Source of the DNA: an uncultured Acidobacteriota bacterium
Lineage (GTDB): Bacteria > Acidobacteriota > Thermoanaerobaculia > UBA5066 > Gp7-AA6
NCBI GenBank assembly: GCA_963764715.1
Contig: CAVXTP010000006.1
Location: forward strand, 384,001-448,000
Reading direction: 5' to 3'
Length of the DNA stretch: 64,000 nucleotides
Positions 1 through 9,580 of the stretch are shown one piece after another (position 1 is the first letter of the stretch; the number at the start of each line of letters is the position of its first letter). The position numbers and the translations under genes are program-made. The notes beneath the pieces were generated by a model. That model was not told where the DNA came from, searched no databases, and saw only the letters and a list, made by a program, of their open reading frames with translations.

Positions 1-393
1 GACGGCCGCCGTGCCGAACGCGTCGAGCGCCAGGGCGCGCGGCAGGTCCCGCGCGGACATCGCGTCGACCGCCTTCTCGAGCCGGCCGCCGATCGTCGCG
101 ACGATCGCCACGACGTCCCGCGCCTCCGAAAGCCGCCGGGCGACGAGCGGCCCCGACAGCTCCGCGCCGCCCTCGAGGAGGAGGCGCTCGCCGTCCCGGG
201 AGCCCACGCGCAGGCGCCGCCAGTCGACGCGCGGCGAGAGAAGGGCCGGGCCCTCGCGGGCGGCGCTCTCGGCGAGGTCGACGAGCCGCGGGCTCCGCCT
301 CCGGATGCGATCCGGATCGGCGCCCTGGCCGCGCAGGACGGCGTCGGCGTCGACGCCGCGGGCCCAGTCCGGCGAGGCGAGCGCGGTGCTCAC
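1..393 (-). CDS. Methionine synthase activation-domain-like protein (runs off window edge)
   Basis: Manual translation from GTG at 393 overlapping the MttB stop (GTGA): MSTALASPDW...VVAIVATIGGRLEKAVDAM...ALALDAFGTAAV, resembling stand-alone B12-dependent MetH reactivation domains; context fits. Not in ORF track. Confidence 0.65.
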   Translation of the reverse strand, partial: MSTALASPDWARGVDADAVLRGQGADPDRIRRRSPRLVDLAESAAREGPALLSPRVDWRRLRVGSRDGERLLLEGGAELSGPLVARRLSEARDVVAIVATIGGRLEKAVDAMSARDLPRALALDAFGTAAV

Positions 394-1839
394 AGGCCCG
401 GCAACCCCTGCAGCCCGGCCGCCGCGGCGAGAGGCTCCACGACCGCCCGGAGGCCGCGCTCCCGTTCGACCCCGAGCGCGGGGCGCCGCCAGGACGCGAC
501 GAGCTCCGCCGCGCGGGAGCGGGCCCGCGCGAAGGCGTCGTGCGATCCGGCCTCCTGCCAGGAGCGAAGCGACGCGCGGTCGATCGCCGCCGACGGCAGG
601 TGCTGCTCGAGCCGGAAGAGCTTGCGCGTCTCGGGAAGCTTCAGGAACTCGCCGGCGAGGCCGGCCCGGGCGAACATGTCGACCGCGAGCGACCCGGTGC
701 GCGCCTCGATTCCCTCGAGAAGGCGCCGCGCCGAGGCGATCGCCTCCGCGTCGAGCACGAGCTTCTCGACGCTCTGGACCCCGAGGAAGTCGAGCATCCC
801 GGCCCCGGAGATCATGTTGATCCCGCCGAGCGCGCCGAGGAGCAGCCCGATGGCGCCCTCCATGCCCGCCTGGGCGTCCACGACCTTGGCGTCGCTTCCC
901 CCGAGGTAGGCGTGGGTCGGCAGGCCGAGGTGCTTGCCGGTCTCGGCGCACGCGAGGTCCATCATCGCCGTCTCGATCGCGCCCATCGGGGTCGTCCCCG
1001 TGCGCATGTCGAAGATCGACGGGGCGCCTCCCCACACGACCGGCGCGCCCGGCTGCGCGAGCTGGTGGATCACGATTCCGCTGAGGCACTCGGCGGCGTG
1101 CTGCACGACGGAGCCCGCGAGGGTCACCGGGGCGGCCGCTCCGGCGAGCGGGACCGGCACGATCTCCGCCGGCACGCCCGCGCGAGCGAGCTCGACCAGG
1201 CTTTCGGCGGCGAAGTCGGACCAGTGGAGGGGCGGCGACGGGCAGACGTCGAACACGGCGCGGGGCTTCGACCGGAGGGCGTCGCGGCCCCCGGCGTCGG
1301 CCGCGAGGAGGTCGATCATCGAGGAGACCGCGCGCGCCGTGAACGCGCCGGTCACGACCGGCTTGTCCGAGTGCCAGAGGACGAGGAAGAGGCGATACAG
1401 GTCGCCGATGTCCTTCGGAACGTCGTCGCAGACGAGCGCGGTCGACTGCGCCGCGTACTCCGGAAGCATCTCCGCGACCTGGACGAGGCGCACGAGGTCG
1501 TCCGGTCCGGGAGAGCCGGCAGGCGCCCGTCTCGGCGTCGAGGACCTGGACGCACGATGAGCCCGGATCGAACTGGACGGCGTCGCCGCCGTAGCGGACG
1601 CCGGCGCGGCCGCCGCGATCGTGCAGCACGAACTCGCGCGGCGCCGACGCGAGTGCCCGCTCGACCAGCTCCCGCGGGATGCGCGCGACGCCGTCCTCGA
1701 CTCTCGCCCCTCCTCCGGCGAGGAGCGCGGCGACGTCGGGAGCCGAGACGCGCACGCCCGGCGATGCGAGGAGACAGTGCGCCTCGTCGAGGATGCGCTC
1801 GATGAAGGCGCGGTCGAGGAGCGAGATTTTCGGCCGCAT
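390..1839 (-). CDS. Trimethylamine methyltransferase (MttB) family protein, non-pyrrolysine; apparent frameshift near 1503
   Basis: N-terminus MRPKISLLDRAFIERILDEAH...FDPGSS from ATG 1839 joins ORF 390..1493 (SPPL, PVTLAG, SDAKVVDAQAGME, GAGML) by removing one base. Confidence 0.85.
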
Positions 1840-1849
1840 CGCCGGAGGG

Positions 1850-2497
1850 CTACCCGCGCACCAGGGCCTTCGCGATCGCCACCGCCGCCACCGCGTCCTC
1901 GCCGTAACCGTCGGCGCCGATCTCCTCCGCCCAGGCCCGCGTCACGGGCGCCCCGCCGACGATCACCTTGACCCGGGGGCGCAGGCCGTGGCGGTCGAGC
2001 GCCTCGACCACCTGGCGCTGGCCGGTCATCGTCGTGGTCAGGAGCGCCGAGACTCCGACGATGTCGGCGCCGATCTCGCGCGCGCGGGTGGCGAACCGCT
2101 CGTACGGCACGTCGACGCCGAGGTCGTCCACCTCGAAGCCGCTCGCCGCGAGCATCGTCGAGACGAGGGTCTTGCCGATCTCGTGGATGTCGCCCTGGAC
2201 GGTTCCCAGGACGATCCGGCCGAGGACATCCCGGCGGGCCCCGCCCTTCTGGAGCTCCGGCTCGAGCACGCCGGTCGCCGCCTTCATCGCCTCGCCCGCC
2301 ATCACGAGGTCGGGAAGGAACATCTCGCCCTTGCCGAAAGTCTCGCCGACGAAGTCGAGCCCCGGGACGTAACCGCGGTTGATCGCGTCGAGCGGCGCCA
2401 TCCCGACGTCGATGGCGCGGCGCGCCAGCTCGGCGGCGCGGTCGGGATCGCCGTCGACGATGCTCTGCCGCATGGCCGGAAGCAGGTCGTCATGCAT
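1850..2497 (-). CDS. Methyltransferase cognate corrinoid (B12-binding) protein
   Basis: MHDDLLPAM start; cap motif FLPDLV; B12 motif GTVQGDIHEIGK, SALLTTT, GGAP, GADGY. Confidence 0.93.
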   Translation of the reverse strand: MHDDLLPAMRQSIVDGDPDRAAELARRAIDVGMAPLDAINRGYVPGLDFVGETFGKGEMFLPDLVMAGEAMKAATGVLEPELQKGGARRDVLGRIVLGTVQGDIHEIGKTLVSTMLAASGFEVDDLGVDVPYERFATRAREIGADIVGVSALLTTTMTGQRQVVEALDRHGLRPRVKVIVGGAPVTRAWAEEIGADGYGEDAVAAVAIAKALVRG

Positions 2498-3981
2498 CGG
2501 GAGTCTCCGGCTCCGGCCGGCGCCGGCGCGGCGCTCGCCGCCGCGCGCTCGACGACGCGGTGCACCGCCTCGGCGGCGGCGGGATCGAGCGGCTCCGGCA
2601 CGTGCGTCGCGAGGAGCTGCGTCACCCGGTCCGCCGCGCGCTCCACGAGCGACTTCCCGCCGCGGGCGAGCCAGCCCGAGTGGAGGTCGCGGTCGAAGAG
2701 GGTCGGGTACCAGCGCTCCCGCATGTGCCGGCGCGTGTGCGGAAACTTCAGGAACTGGCCGTCCGGGCCCGCCTGGTCGATGAGGTCGAGCGCCAGCGTC
2801 TCCTCGCTGATCTCGACGGGCTGCAGGAAGCTCGCGATCCAGCCCGCGATCTCGTCGCAGATGGCGAGCTGGGCGAGCGAGCCCGACAGGCCCGACTCGA
2901 GGTAACCGAGGTCGTGGAAGAGGTGGCCTCCCGACATCGCGCCGATCAGCATGCTCAGGGCGGCCTCGATCCCGGCCTGGGCGTCGACGATCTTCGATTC
3001 GCTGCTGCCCCCGAGCGTGAAGAGCGGCAGGTCGTAGAAGTGGCCGAGCGCCTCGGCCATGCCCCGCGGTTCCGGCGCCGCGTAGGGGTCGACCATCGTG
3101 CGCATGTCGAGCGCGTCGCCGCCGAAGCCGGGCATGACGTAGGGCGCGCCCTCGCGCTTCGCCTGCGAGATGACGAGGCCCGCGAGCGCTCCCGCGTTGG
3201 ACGAGGCCAGGCCGCCCGCCATCGTCATCGGGCCGCTCGTCCCGCCGGAGACGACCGGGATGTAAAGGGCCGGGAGGCCCTTCTCCGCCAGGAAGAGGAG
3301 CTTCTGCAGCGCGTCGGCGTTGTGCAGCAGGCCGGTCGTGACGTTGATGTAGCAGGCGACGAAGGGCCGCTCGCGCAGGGCCTCGGCGCCGCCGGCGACG
3401 GCCTCGGCCATCTCGACCACCTGGGCGCAGCCGGCCATCTCGTAGGTCACGAAGACGATCGGCTTGACGGTGTTCCGGAGCATGGCCTCGAACTGCAGCC
3501 GGTCGGCGAGATCCGGCGGCACGTCGGACGGCAGGAACATCGACATGAGGAAATGGATGTTCGGCAGCGCATCGCCGAGGCGCGCCGCGTCCGCGACGTC
3601 CTGGAGCACGGCGCGGCGCCGCTCCCCCGTCCGGTGGTCGACGATGTTGAGGCAGTCGGATCCCGGCCCGAAGTACGTCCGGGCGCCCTCGAGGGGCATC
3701 ACCGGATTCCCGCGGCGATCGTGGAGCACGACCCTCCGCGGGGCGCTCGAAAGCGCGCGCTCGACCATGCGGGCCGGAATCCGGACCCGGTTTCCGTCGG
3801 AGACGGATGCGCCGGCCTTCCGGGCGAGCTCCACGGCCTCGGGCTCGAAGAGGCGCACGCCCGTGCGCTCCAGGATCTCGAGGCTCGCGTCGTGGAGGCG
3901 TCGGCACTCCTCCGACGTCAGCCGCGAAAACGCAGCCCTTTCCCGACTCGCGCCCCCGGCTCGGCCGCTCATCTCGGACAC
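2302..3981 (-). CDS. Trimethylamine methyltransferase (MttB) family protein, non-pyrrolysine; true 3' end probably near 2490
   Basis: LHDASLEILERTGV, FGPGSD, PMTMAG, SESKIVDAQAGIE, DLGYLE; ORF runs about 195 nt into the corrinoid gene, suggesting an indel before the TGA at 2490-2492. Confidence 0.9.
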   Translation of the reverse strand: MSEMSGRAGGASRERAAFSRLTSEECRRLHDASLEILERTGVRLFEPEAVELARKAGASVSDGNRVRIPARMVERALSSAPRRVVLHDRRGNPVMPLEGARTYFGPGSDCLNIVDHRTGERRRAVLQDVADAARLGDALPNIHFLMSMFLPSDVPPDLADRLQFEAMLRNTVKPIVFVTYEMAGCAQVVEMAEAVAGGAEALRERPFVACYINVTTGLLHNADALQKLLFLAEKGLPALYIPVVSGGTSGPMTMAGGLASSNAGALAGLVISQAKREGAPYVMPGFGGDALDMRTMVDPYAAPEPRGMAEALGHFYDLPLFTLGGSSESKIVDAQAGIEAALSMLIGAMSGGHLFHDLGYLESGLSGSLAQLAICDEIAGWIASFLQPVEISEETLALDLIDQAGPDGQFLKFPHTRRHMRERWYPTLFDRDLHSGWLARGGKSLVERAADRVTQLLATHVPEPLDPAAAEAVHRVVERAAASAAPAPAGAGDSRCMTTCFRPCGRASSTAIPTAPPSWRAAPSTSGWRRSTRSTAVTSRGSTSSARLSARARCSFPTS

Positions 3982-4135
3982 CTCGAGGCAGTGTGCGTCA
4001 GGCGTTCCCGCGCGAAGTGATGCGATTGAATCAGCCGTCCGGGGACTTCACGCCGGAGGCGCGCAACCCGGACCGGGTCCGGCGCGTAAGCACGGTGAGC
4101 CGCCTCGATCGACCTTGGCGGCCCATGGGAGGCCT

Positions 4136-5245
4136 ATGAGAGCGATCTTGGCGGCGGCCGGGCTGGCCGCGACGATCACCGCGCGGGCGGCCGAGCCCGC
4201 GACGCCCATTCCCCTGGATCCCGCCCGCTGGCAGCTCGGAGGCGACGCGAAGATCGAGAGCTACCTGGGCCGGCCGGCGCTCCGCATGTGCAGCGCCGAG
4301 GTCGTCGCGAAGGACGTGCAGTTTCTCGACGGCACGCTCGACTTCGATCTCGCCGTCTCGACGCGGCGCAACTTCCCGATGGTCGGGCTGCGGCGGCAGG
4401 GCGAGGGCGAGTACGAGGAGTTCTATCTCCGCACGCACAAGTCGGAGCTGCCCGACGCGATCCAGTACGTTCCCGCGTACCAGGGCGTCGGCGGCTGGCA
4501 GCTCTACCACGGCCCCGGATTCACGGCGAAGGCGGCGTTCCCCCGGAACCAGTGGTTCCGGGTGCGGATCGTGATGTCGGGCACGCGCGCCGCCGTCTTC
4601 GTCGGCGACGTCGCCGAGCCGCAGCTCGTCGTCGCGCGCCTGCGCCGCGAGCCCCGGTCGGGCGGCCTGGAGTTCTCCGACGCCTGCCCGGGGGCGCCCG
4701 AGGGCGAGCGCGTCGCGGCGATCTCGAACATCGTCCTGCGTCCCGGCTGCGTCCCGTACGACTTCGCGAAGTCCACGACGCGCGAGAACGAGCCGCCGAA
4801 GGGCGTCATCCCGGAGTGGGAGATCTCCGAGTCCTTCGTTCCCGACAAGGGGCCGGTCCGGGCGCTTCCGGAGAAGGTCCTGCGCGGCGCGTGGCGGAAG
4901 GTCGCCGCCGAGCCCTCCGGCCTCGTCGTGTTCGAGAAGTCCGTGCCCCTTCCGAAGGACGTCGAGCGGCCGGGGGTCCTGGCCCGCGTCGCCGTGGACG
5001 CCGCCGCCGACGGCGTGCGCCGCTTCGACTTCGGCTTCAGCGACGAGGTCACCGTCTTCCTGAACGGCCGGCCGCTCTTTTCGGGAGACGCGCGCTACAG
5101 CCACGACAACCCGCGCCAGGAGGGCCTCATCGGCTACTGGCAGGGAACGCTCTACCTGCCGCTCAAAAAGGGCCGCAACGAGCTCATCCTCGCCGTCTCG
5201 GAAGTCTTCGGCGGCTGGGGCGTAATGGGGCGGTTCGAGCCCTAG
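4136..5245 (+). CDS. Secreted hypothetical protein, probable beta-sandwich/glycoside-hydrolase-like domains
   Basis: ATG 4136 after GGAGG; signal peptide MRAILAAAGLAATITARA; non-shadow composition (3' part of ORF 3464..5245). Confidence 0.7.
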   Translation: MRAILAAAGLAATITARAAEPATPIPLDPARWQLGGDAKIESYLGRPALRMCSAEVVAKDVQFLDGTLDFDLAVSTRRNFPMVGLRRQGEGEYEEFYLRTHKSELPDAIQYVPAYQGVGGWQLYHGPGFTAKAAFPRNQWFRVRIVMSGTRAAVFVGDVAEPQLVVARLRREPRSGGLEFSDACPGAPEGERVAAISNIVLRPGCVPYDFAKSTTRENEPPKGVIPEWEISESFVPDKGPVRALPEKVLRGAWRKVAAEPSGLVVFEKSVPLPKDVERPGVLARVAVDAAADGVRRFDFGFSDEVTVFLNGRPLFSGDARYSHDNPRQEGLIGYWQGTLYLPLKKGRNELILAVSEVFGGWGVMGRFEP

Positions 5246-5259
5246 CGCCGGGGGATCGG

Positions 5260-6034
5260 CTACTTCGGCTTCGGTCCCTCGAGCGCGACGAGCTTGCGCG
5301 AGGGCCTCCTCGTTCCCCGGATCGACCTCGAGGGCCTTGCGGTAATAGATCGCCGCGAGCTCCTTCCGGCCGGCGCCGTCGAAGGCCGCCGCGAGGCTGC
5401 TCCACGCGTTGCCCGACTGCGGAAACTGGGCGGCGTTGAGCCGGAGGATCTCGATCGCCGCGTCCCGGTTTCCGAGCTCGAGGAGCTCGTCTCCGAAATC
5501 GTCGAGCGAGCGCTCGCCGAAGTCGTAGCCGCCGCGGCCGTAGAACCGCTCGCGAAGCTCGCGATACCGGACGAGGGTTGCGTCGATCCCGGCGCGACGG
5601 TAAGTCTGGCCGAGCTCCTCGACGAGCGTCATCGGGCGTGGCCGTCCCTGGTGGCACGTTCCGCACCACATGTTGACGCGCTTGTCCCCGCTCGGCGCGA
5701 TCTTCTTCAGGTGGCCGTTGATGTCGCCGAGCATCCGGTACATCTCGCGCGCCCGGTCCTTGTTGGGGTTCTGGTCCGAGACGAAGTCGTACGTCGACAG
5801 CGGCTGCCCCTCGGTCCCGACGTGGCAGTGGGTGCAGCGGACCCCGAGCGAGCGGGTGAAGCCCTTCATGATGGCCTGGAGCTTCTCGGCATCGGAGTCC
5901 TTCGGGAGGACCTGGAGGTTCTTCGCCTTCTCCGGCCAGTGCCAGGACGGCTGCTGGGGCATTGCCGCGGCCGCGGCGAAGAGGCCGGCCGACGCGAGCG
6001 CGAGCGCCCGGGCGCGAACGAACGAGCCTGTCAT
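5260..6034 (-). CDS. Diheme c-type cytochrome (reaction-centre cytochrome-like) with C-terminal TPR; frameshift near 5300
   Basis: Signal peptide; MKGFTRSLGVRCTHCH and CGTCH; TPR-like YYRKALEVDPGN; alternative frame gives RKLVALEGPKPK-TAG at 5260. Confidence 0.8.
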
Positions 6035-6117
6035 GGGACCTCCCTCCGGCGATCCTATGGCGAAACCCCCCGCCCCGCCCGGCGTCTCTTGTGAGAACGT
6101 CGACGACGGAGGCGGCC

Positions 6118-8553
6118 ATGGGACAGCTTCTCCGGGACCTGCGCTTCGGCTCGCGATCGCTCGCGCGGAGCCCCGGATTTGCCGCGGTGGCGCTGACAAC
6201 GATCGCTCTCGGGATCGGCGCCAACACCGCGATCTTCAGCGTCGTCGACGCCGTTCTGCTCAGACCGCTCCCCTTCCCCGGCGCCAACCGCCTCGTGGCG
6301 GTCTCCCAGAATCAGCCGAGCCTGGGCGTCACCGGCAACGGCGTCTCCTATCCGAACTTCGACGACTGGCGCACACGGTCGAAATCCTTCGAGGAGCTCG
6401 CGGCGATCCGGATGCACGACTACACGCTGACCGGACACGGGGACCCGCTCCTCGTCACGGCCGGGACCGTCACGTCGAACCTCTTCCGGATGCTCGAGGA
6501 CACGCCCCTCCTCGGCCGCACGCTCGCGGCGGTCGACGACGACCCGGCCGCCCCGGCGGTCGCCGTGCTCGGCGAGCGGCTCTGGCGCGCTCGCTTTGCG
6601 GCCGATCCCGCGATCGTCGGAAAGTCGATCCTTCTCGACCAGAAACCGGTCGTCGTGGTGGGCGTCATGCCGGCGCGGTTCAAGACGCCGCCCGAGTCGC
6701 CGCGCGCCGACCTCTGGCTGACGCTGACGCACGACCCCGTCTTCGGCGACCTGCGCGAGCGCCGCGGGGGCCACTACCTCCGGATCGTCGGACGCCTGAA
6801 GAGCGGGACGACGCCGGCCGGGGCCCGGGCCGAGCTCGCGTCGGTGCAGGCGGCCCTCGCGCGCGAGTACCCGAAAGAGAACGAGGGCTGGGGAATCGAG
6901 ATCGTCCCGCTCGCGGAGAGCCTCGTTTCGGGCGTTCGGACCGCCCTTCTCGTCCTGCTCGGCGCGGTGGGTCTCGTCTTCGCGATCGCCTGCGCCAACG
7001 TGGCGAACCTCCTGCTCGCGCGGGCGAGCGGCCGCGCGCGCGAGGTCGCCATCCGGACGGCCCTCGGCGCGAGCCGCGCTCGGCTTCTGCGGCAATTCCT
7101 GGCGGAAGGCATCCTTCTCGCCGGCACGGGCGGCGCTCTCGGCGTCGGCCTCGCCTTCGCGGGATTGAAGGGGCTCGAGGCCTGGCTTCCCGCGGATCTT
7201 CCGCGGGTGTCGGAGATCCGCCTCGACACGACGGTCCTGCTCTTCGCCCTCGGCGCCTGTCTCGTCGCCGCCGTCGCGTTCGGCCTCGCCCCGGCGTTCC
7301 AGTCTTCGGGAGCGAATCCCTCGTCGGCCCTGAAGGAAGGGTCGTCGGGCGCCGGCGAGGGCGGCGGCCGGAGGCGCCTGCGGCGCGCGCTCGTCGTGGC
7401 GGAGACGGCCCTCTCGTTCGTGCTCCTGATCGGCGCGGGACTGCTCACGAAGAGCTTCCTGCGCCTGCAGGAGGCCCCGCTCGGATTCCAGCCGACGGGC
7501 GTGCTGACCGCCGGCATATCGCTCCCCCGCAACCAGTACACGAAACCCGAACAGTGGCTCGGATTCTACGAGCGCCTCGTCGAACGGCTCGAGGCCGAGC
7601 CCGGGGTCGAATCCGCCGCTGCGGTCCTGCCGCTTCCGCTCACGGGAAGCGGGCTCAACTTCGCCTTCACGGTCGAGGGCCGCCCCGCTCCGGCCGCGGG
7701 CGCGGACCTCAGCGCCAACTACACGGCGCTGACACCCGGCTACTTCCAGGCCCTCCGCATCCCGCTCCTGCGGGGACGCCTCTTCACGGCGAGCGACGCG
7801 GCCTCCGCGCCGAAGGTTTGCGTGATCTCGGACGCGCTGGCGCGGCGCCATTTCCCGGGCGAGGACCCGATCGGCCGGCGCATCGCCTTCGGCTTCACCG
7901 AAAGCGTCCCGCGGACGATCGTGGGTATCGTCGGCGACGTTAAACGCGACGGTATCGCCGCCGACTCGAAGCCCGAGATGTACGTTCCCTTCGAGCAGGA
8001 GCCGTGGTGGGCCTCCTATCTCGCGATCCGGACAAAGCGTATGGGCGACCCCGGCGCTCTCGCCGCCGCCATTCGCCGCGAGGTCGCCGCGCTCGACCCG
8101 TCGCTCCCGGTCGCCGACATCCAGCCGATGACGGCGATCGTCAATGACTCCGTCGCGCAGCCGCGCTTCCGCACGACGCTGCTCTCCCTTTTCGGCGCCA
8201 CGGCCCTGCTGCTGGCGGTCATCGGTCTCTATGGCCTCATCGCCTACGACGTCGGCCGCCGCGCGCGGGAGATCGCCATCCGTCTTGCCCTCGGCGCGAG
8301 CCGGCGCGACGTGCTCGGACTCGTGTTCCGCCAGGGCCTCGCACTGACCGCCACCGGCCTCGCCGTTGGCGCGGCGGGGGCCGCGGTGCTGACACGTTTC
8401 CTCTCGAGCCTCCTCTTCGAAACGCGTCCGATCGACCCGGCGACCTATGCCGCCGTTGCCGCGCTACTCCTCGCGGCGGGCCTTCTGGCCTGCTGGGTTC
8501 CGGCGCGCCGGGCACTTTCCGTCGACCCGAACCGGGTCCTGAGAAGCGAGTAG
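6118..8553 (+). CDS. Duplicated MacB/FtsX ABC permease (ADOP family)
   Basis: LLRDLRFGSRSL, ALGIGANTAIFS, IACANVANLLL, REVAIRTALGA, VDPNRVLRSE. Confidence 0.92.
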   Translation: MGQLLRDLRFGSRSLARSPGFAAVALTTIALGIGANTAIFSVVDAVLLRPLPFPGANRLVAVSQNQPSLGVTGNGVSYPNFDDWRTRSKSFEELAAIRMHDYTLTGHGDPLLVTAGTVTSNLFRMLEDTPLLGRTLAAVDDDPAAPAVAVLGERLWRARFAADPAIVGKSILLDQKPVVVVGVMPARFKTPPESPRADLWLTLTHDPVFGDLRERRGGHYLRIVGRLKSGTTPAGARAELASVQAALAREYPKENEGWGIEIVPLAESLVSGVRTALLVLLGAVGLVFAIACANVANLLLARASGRAREVAIRTALGASRARLLRQFLAEGILLAGTGGALGVGLAFAGLKGLEAWLPADLPRVSEIRLDTTVLLFALGACLVAAVAFGLAPAFQSSGANPSSALKEGSSGAGEGGGRRRLRRALVVAETALSFVLLIGAGLLTKSFLRLQEAPLGFQPTGVLTAGISLPRNQYTKPEQWLGFYERLVERLEAEPGVESAAAVLPLPLTGSGLNFAFTVEGRPAPAAGADLSANYTALTPGYFQALRIPLLRGRLFTASDAASAPKVCVISDALARRHFPGEDPIGRRIAFGFTESVPRTIVGIVGDVKRDGIAADSKPEMYVPFEQEPWWASYLAIRTKRMGDPGALAAAIRREVAALDPSLPVADIQPMTAIVNDSVAQPRFRTTLLSLFGATALLLAVIGLYGLIAYDVGRRAREIAIRLALGASRRDVLGLVFRQGLALTATGLAVGAAGAAVLTRFLSSLLFETRPIDPATYAAVAALLLAAGLLACWVPARRALSVDPNRVLRSE

Positions 8554-8578
8554 CCGCGCCCGGGACCCGATCGCTTCG

Positions 8579-9487
8579 TCATCGCCGTTCGCCTCCGGCG
8601 CTCGCGCCGAGCGCCCGGCGGAGCGAGGCGACGAGGAGGGCCAGGGCGGGCGGGGCGGGGGCCGCCTCGGGCCGGGTGGCGAACCCGACGGGGAGCGCGA
8701 TGACGAGGTCCGCCAGGCTCCGGACGATCGTCCCCGGCGGCGCCGGCGAAACGGCCGCACGCGGCAGGATGGCGATGCCCATCTTCTGGTGCACGGCCGC
8801 CTTGAGCGTCTCAGTGCCCCCGCTCTCGACGCTCCACTGAGGCCGCACGCCGTGCTCCTGCAGGGCCGTCTCGATCGCTCGCCGGTAGGAGCAGCCCTGC
8901 TCGGTCAGGAGGAGCGGCTCGCCCTCGAGGTCCCGAGCGCGGAGAGGCTTTCGCCCGGAGAGCCGGTGCCCGCGCGGAACGAGCAGGGCCATCTCCTCGG
9001 CGAAGAGCGGCTCGAAGTCGAGGCCCAGCTCGGCCGGGGGCGCGGAGCAGAGGCCGAGGTCGAGCTCTCCATCGGCCACGCCGCGACTGACGCCGTTGGT
9101 TCCCGAGACGTCGAGGCGCACGCGCAGCGCGGGCCGCTCGCGCTGGAGCTTGCCGAGGAGGGGCATGACTCGCTGGCTCGCGGCGGGCTCGATCGAGCCG
9201 ACGCGGATCAGGCCGCTGCGTCCGTCTCTCAGCTCCGACATGCTCCGCGCGAGCCGGTCGAAGGAGTCGAGGATCGGCCCGGCGCGCTCGGCGAGGAGCT
9301 CGCCGGCGGGAGTCAGCGGTCGCCGGCGCCCGCGACGGTCGAAGAGCTCGAGGCCGAACTGCGCTTCGAGCTCCTGGATGTGCAGCGTCACGGTGGGCTG
9401 GGCGAGGCCGAGGGCGCGGGCGGCCTTGAGGAAGCTGCCCTCGCGGAGGACCGCCTGGAAAGTGGCGAGGTGGCGGCCGTCCATCAC
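8579..9487 (-). CDS. LysR family transcriptional regulator
   Basis: HTH GSFLKAARALGLAQPTVTLHIQELE, substrate-binding domain GELDLG; about 300 aa. Confidence 0.93.
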   Translation of the reverse strand: MMDGRHLATFQAVLREGSFLKAARALGLAQPTVTLHIQELEAQFGLELFDRRGRRRPLTPAGELLAERAGPILDSFDRLARSMSELRDGRSGLIRVGSIEPAASQRVMPLLGKLQRERPALRVRLDVSGTNGVSRGVADGELDLGLCSAPPAELGLDFEPLFAEEMALLVPRGHRLSGRKPLRARDLEGEPLLLTEQGCSYRRAIETALQEHGVRPQWSVESGGTETLKAAVHQKMGIAILPRAAVSPAPPGTIVRSLADLVIALPVGFATRPEAAPAPPALALLVASLRRALGASAGGERR

Positions 9488-9490
9488 GTC

Positions 9491-9546
9491 AAATCACCAT
9501 TTCTGATTCTATAGTCACATAAAATCATCATTGATAATAGCATATG
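9491..9546. promoter_or_regulatory. AT-rich divergent promoter with LysR-type operator
   Basis: ATCA-N7-TGAT (9493-9507) matches the T-N11-A LysR box; second ATCA-N4-TGAT at 9524-9535; between divergent lysR and permease. Confidence 0.6.
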
Positions 9547-9580
9547 CGACGCCTAGGCTCGCCGGCGTGGAGTTGTCGCC

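Noticed and set aside
390-3981. Pyrrolysine recoding in the MttB genes
   Set aside because: No in-frame TAG; the equivalent position is Gly or Ser, and the break at about 1503 is a frameshift.
3982-4135. Cobalamin riboswitch upstream of the corrinoid operon
   Set aside because: Short spacer and no recognisable B12-box by eye; an Infernal search would settle it.
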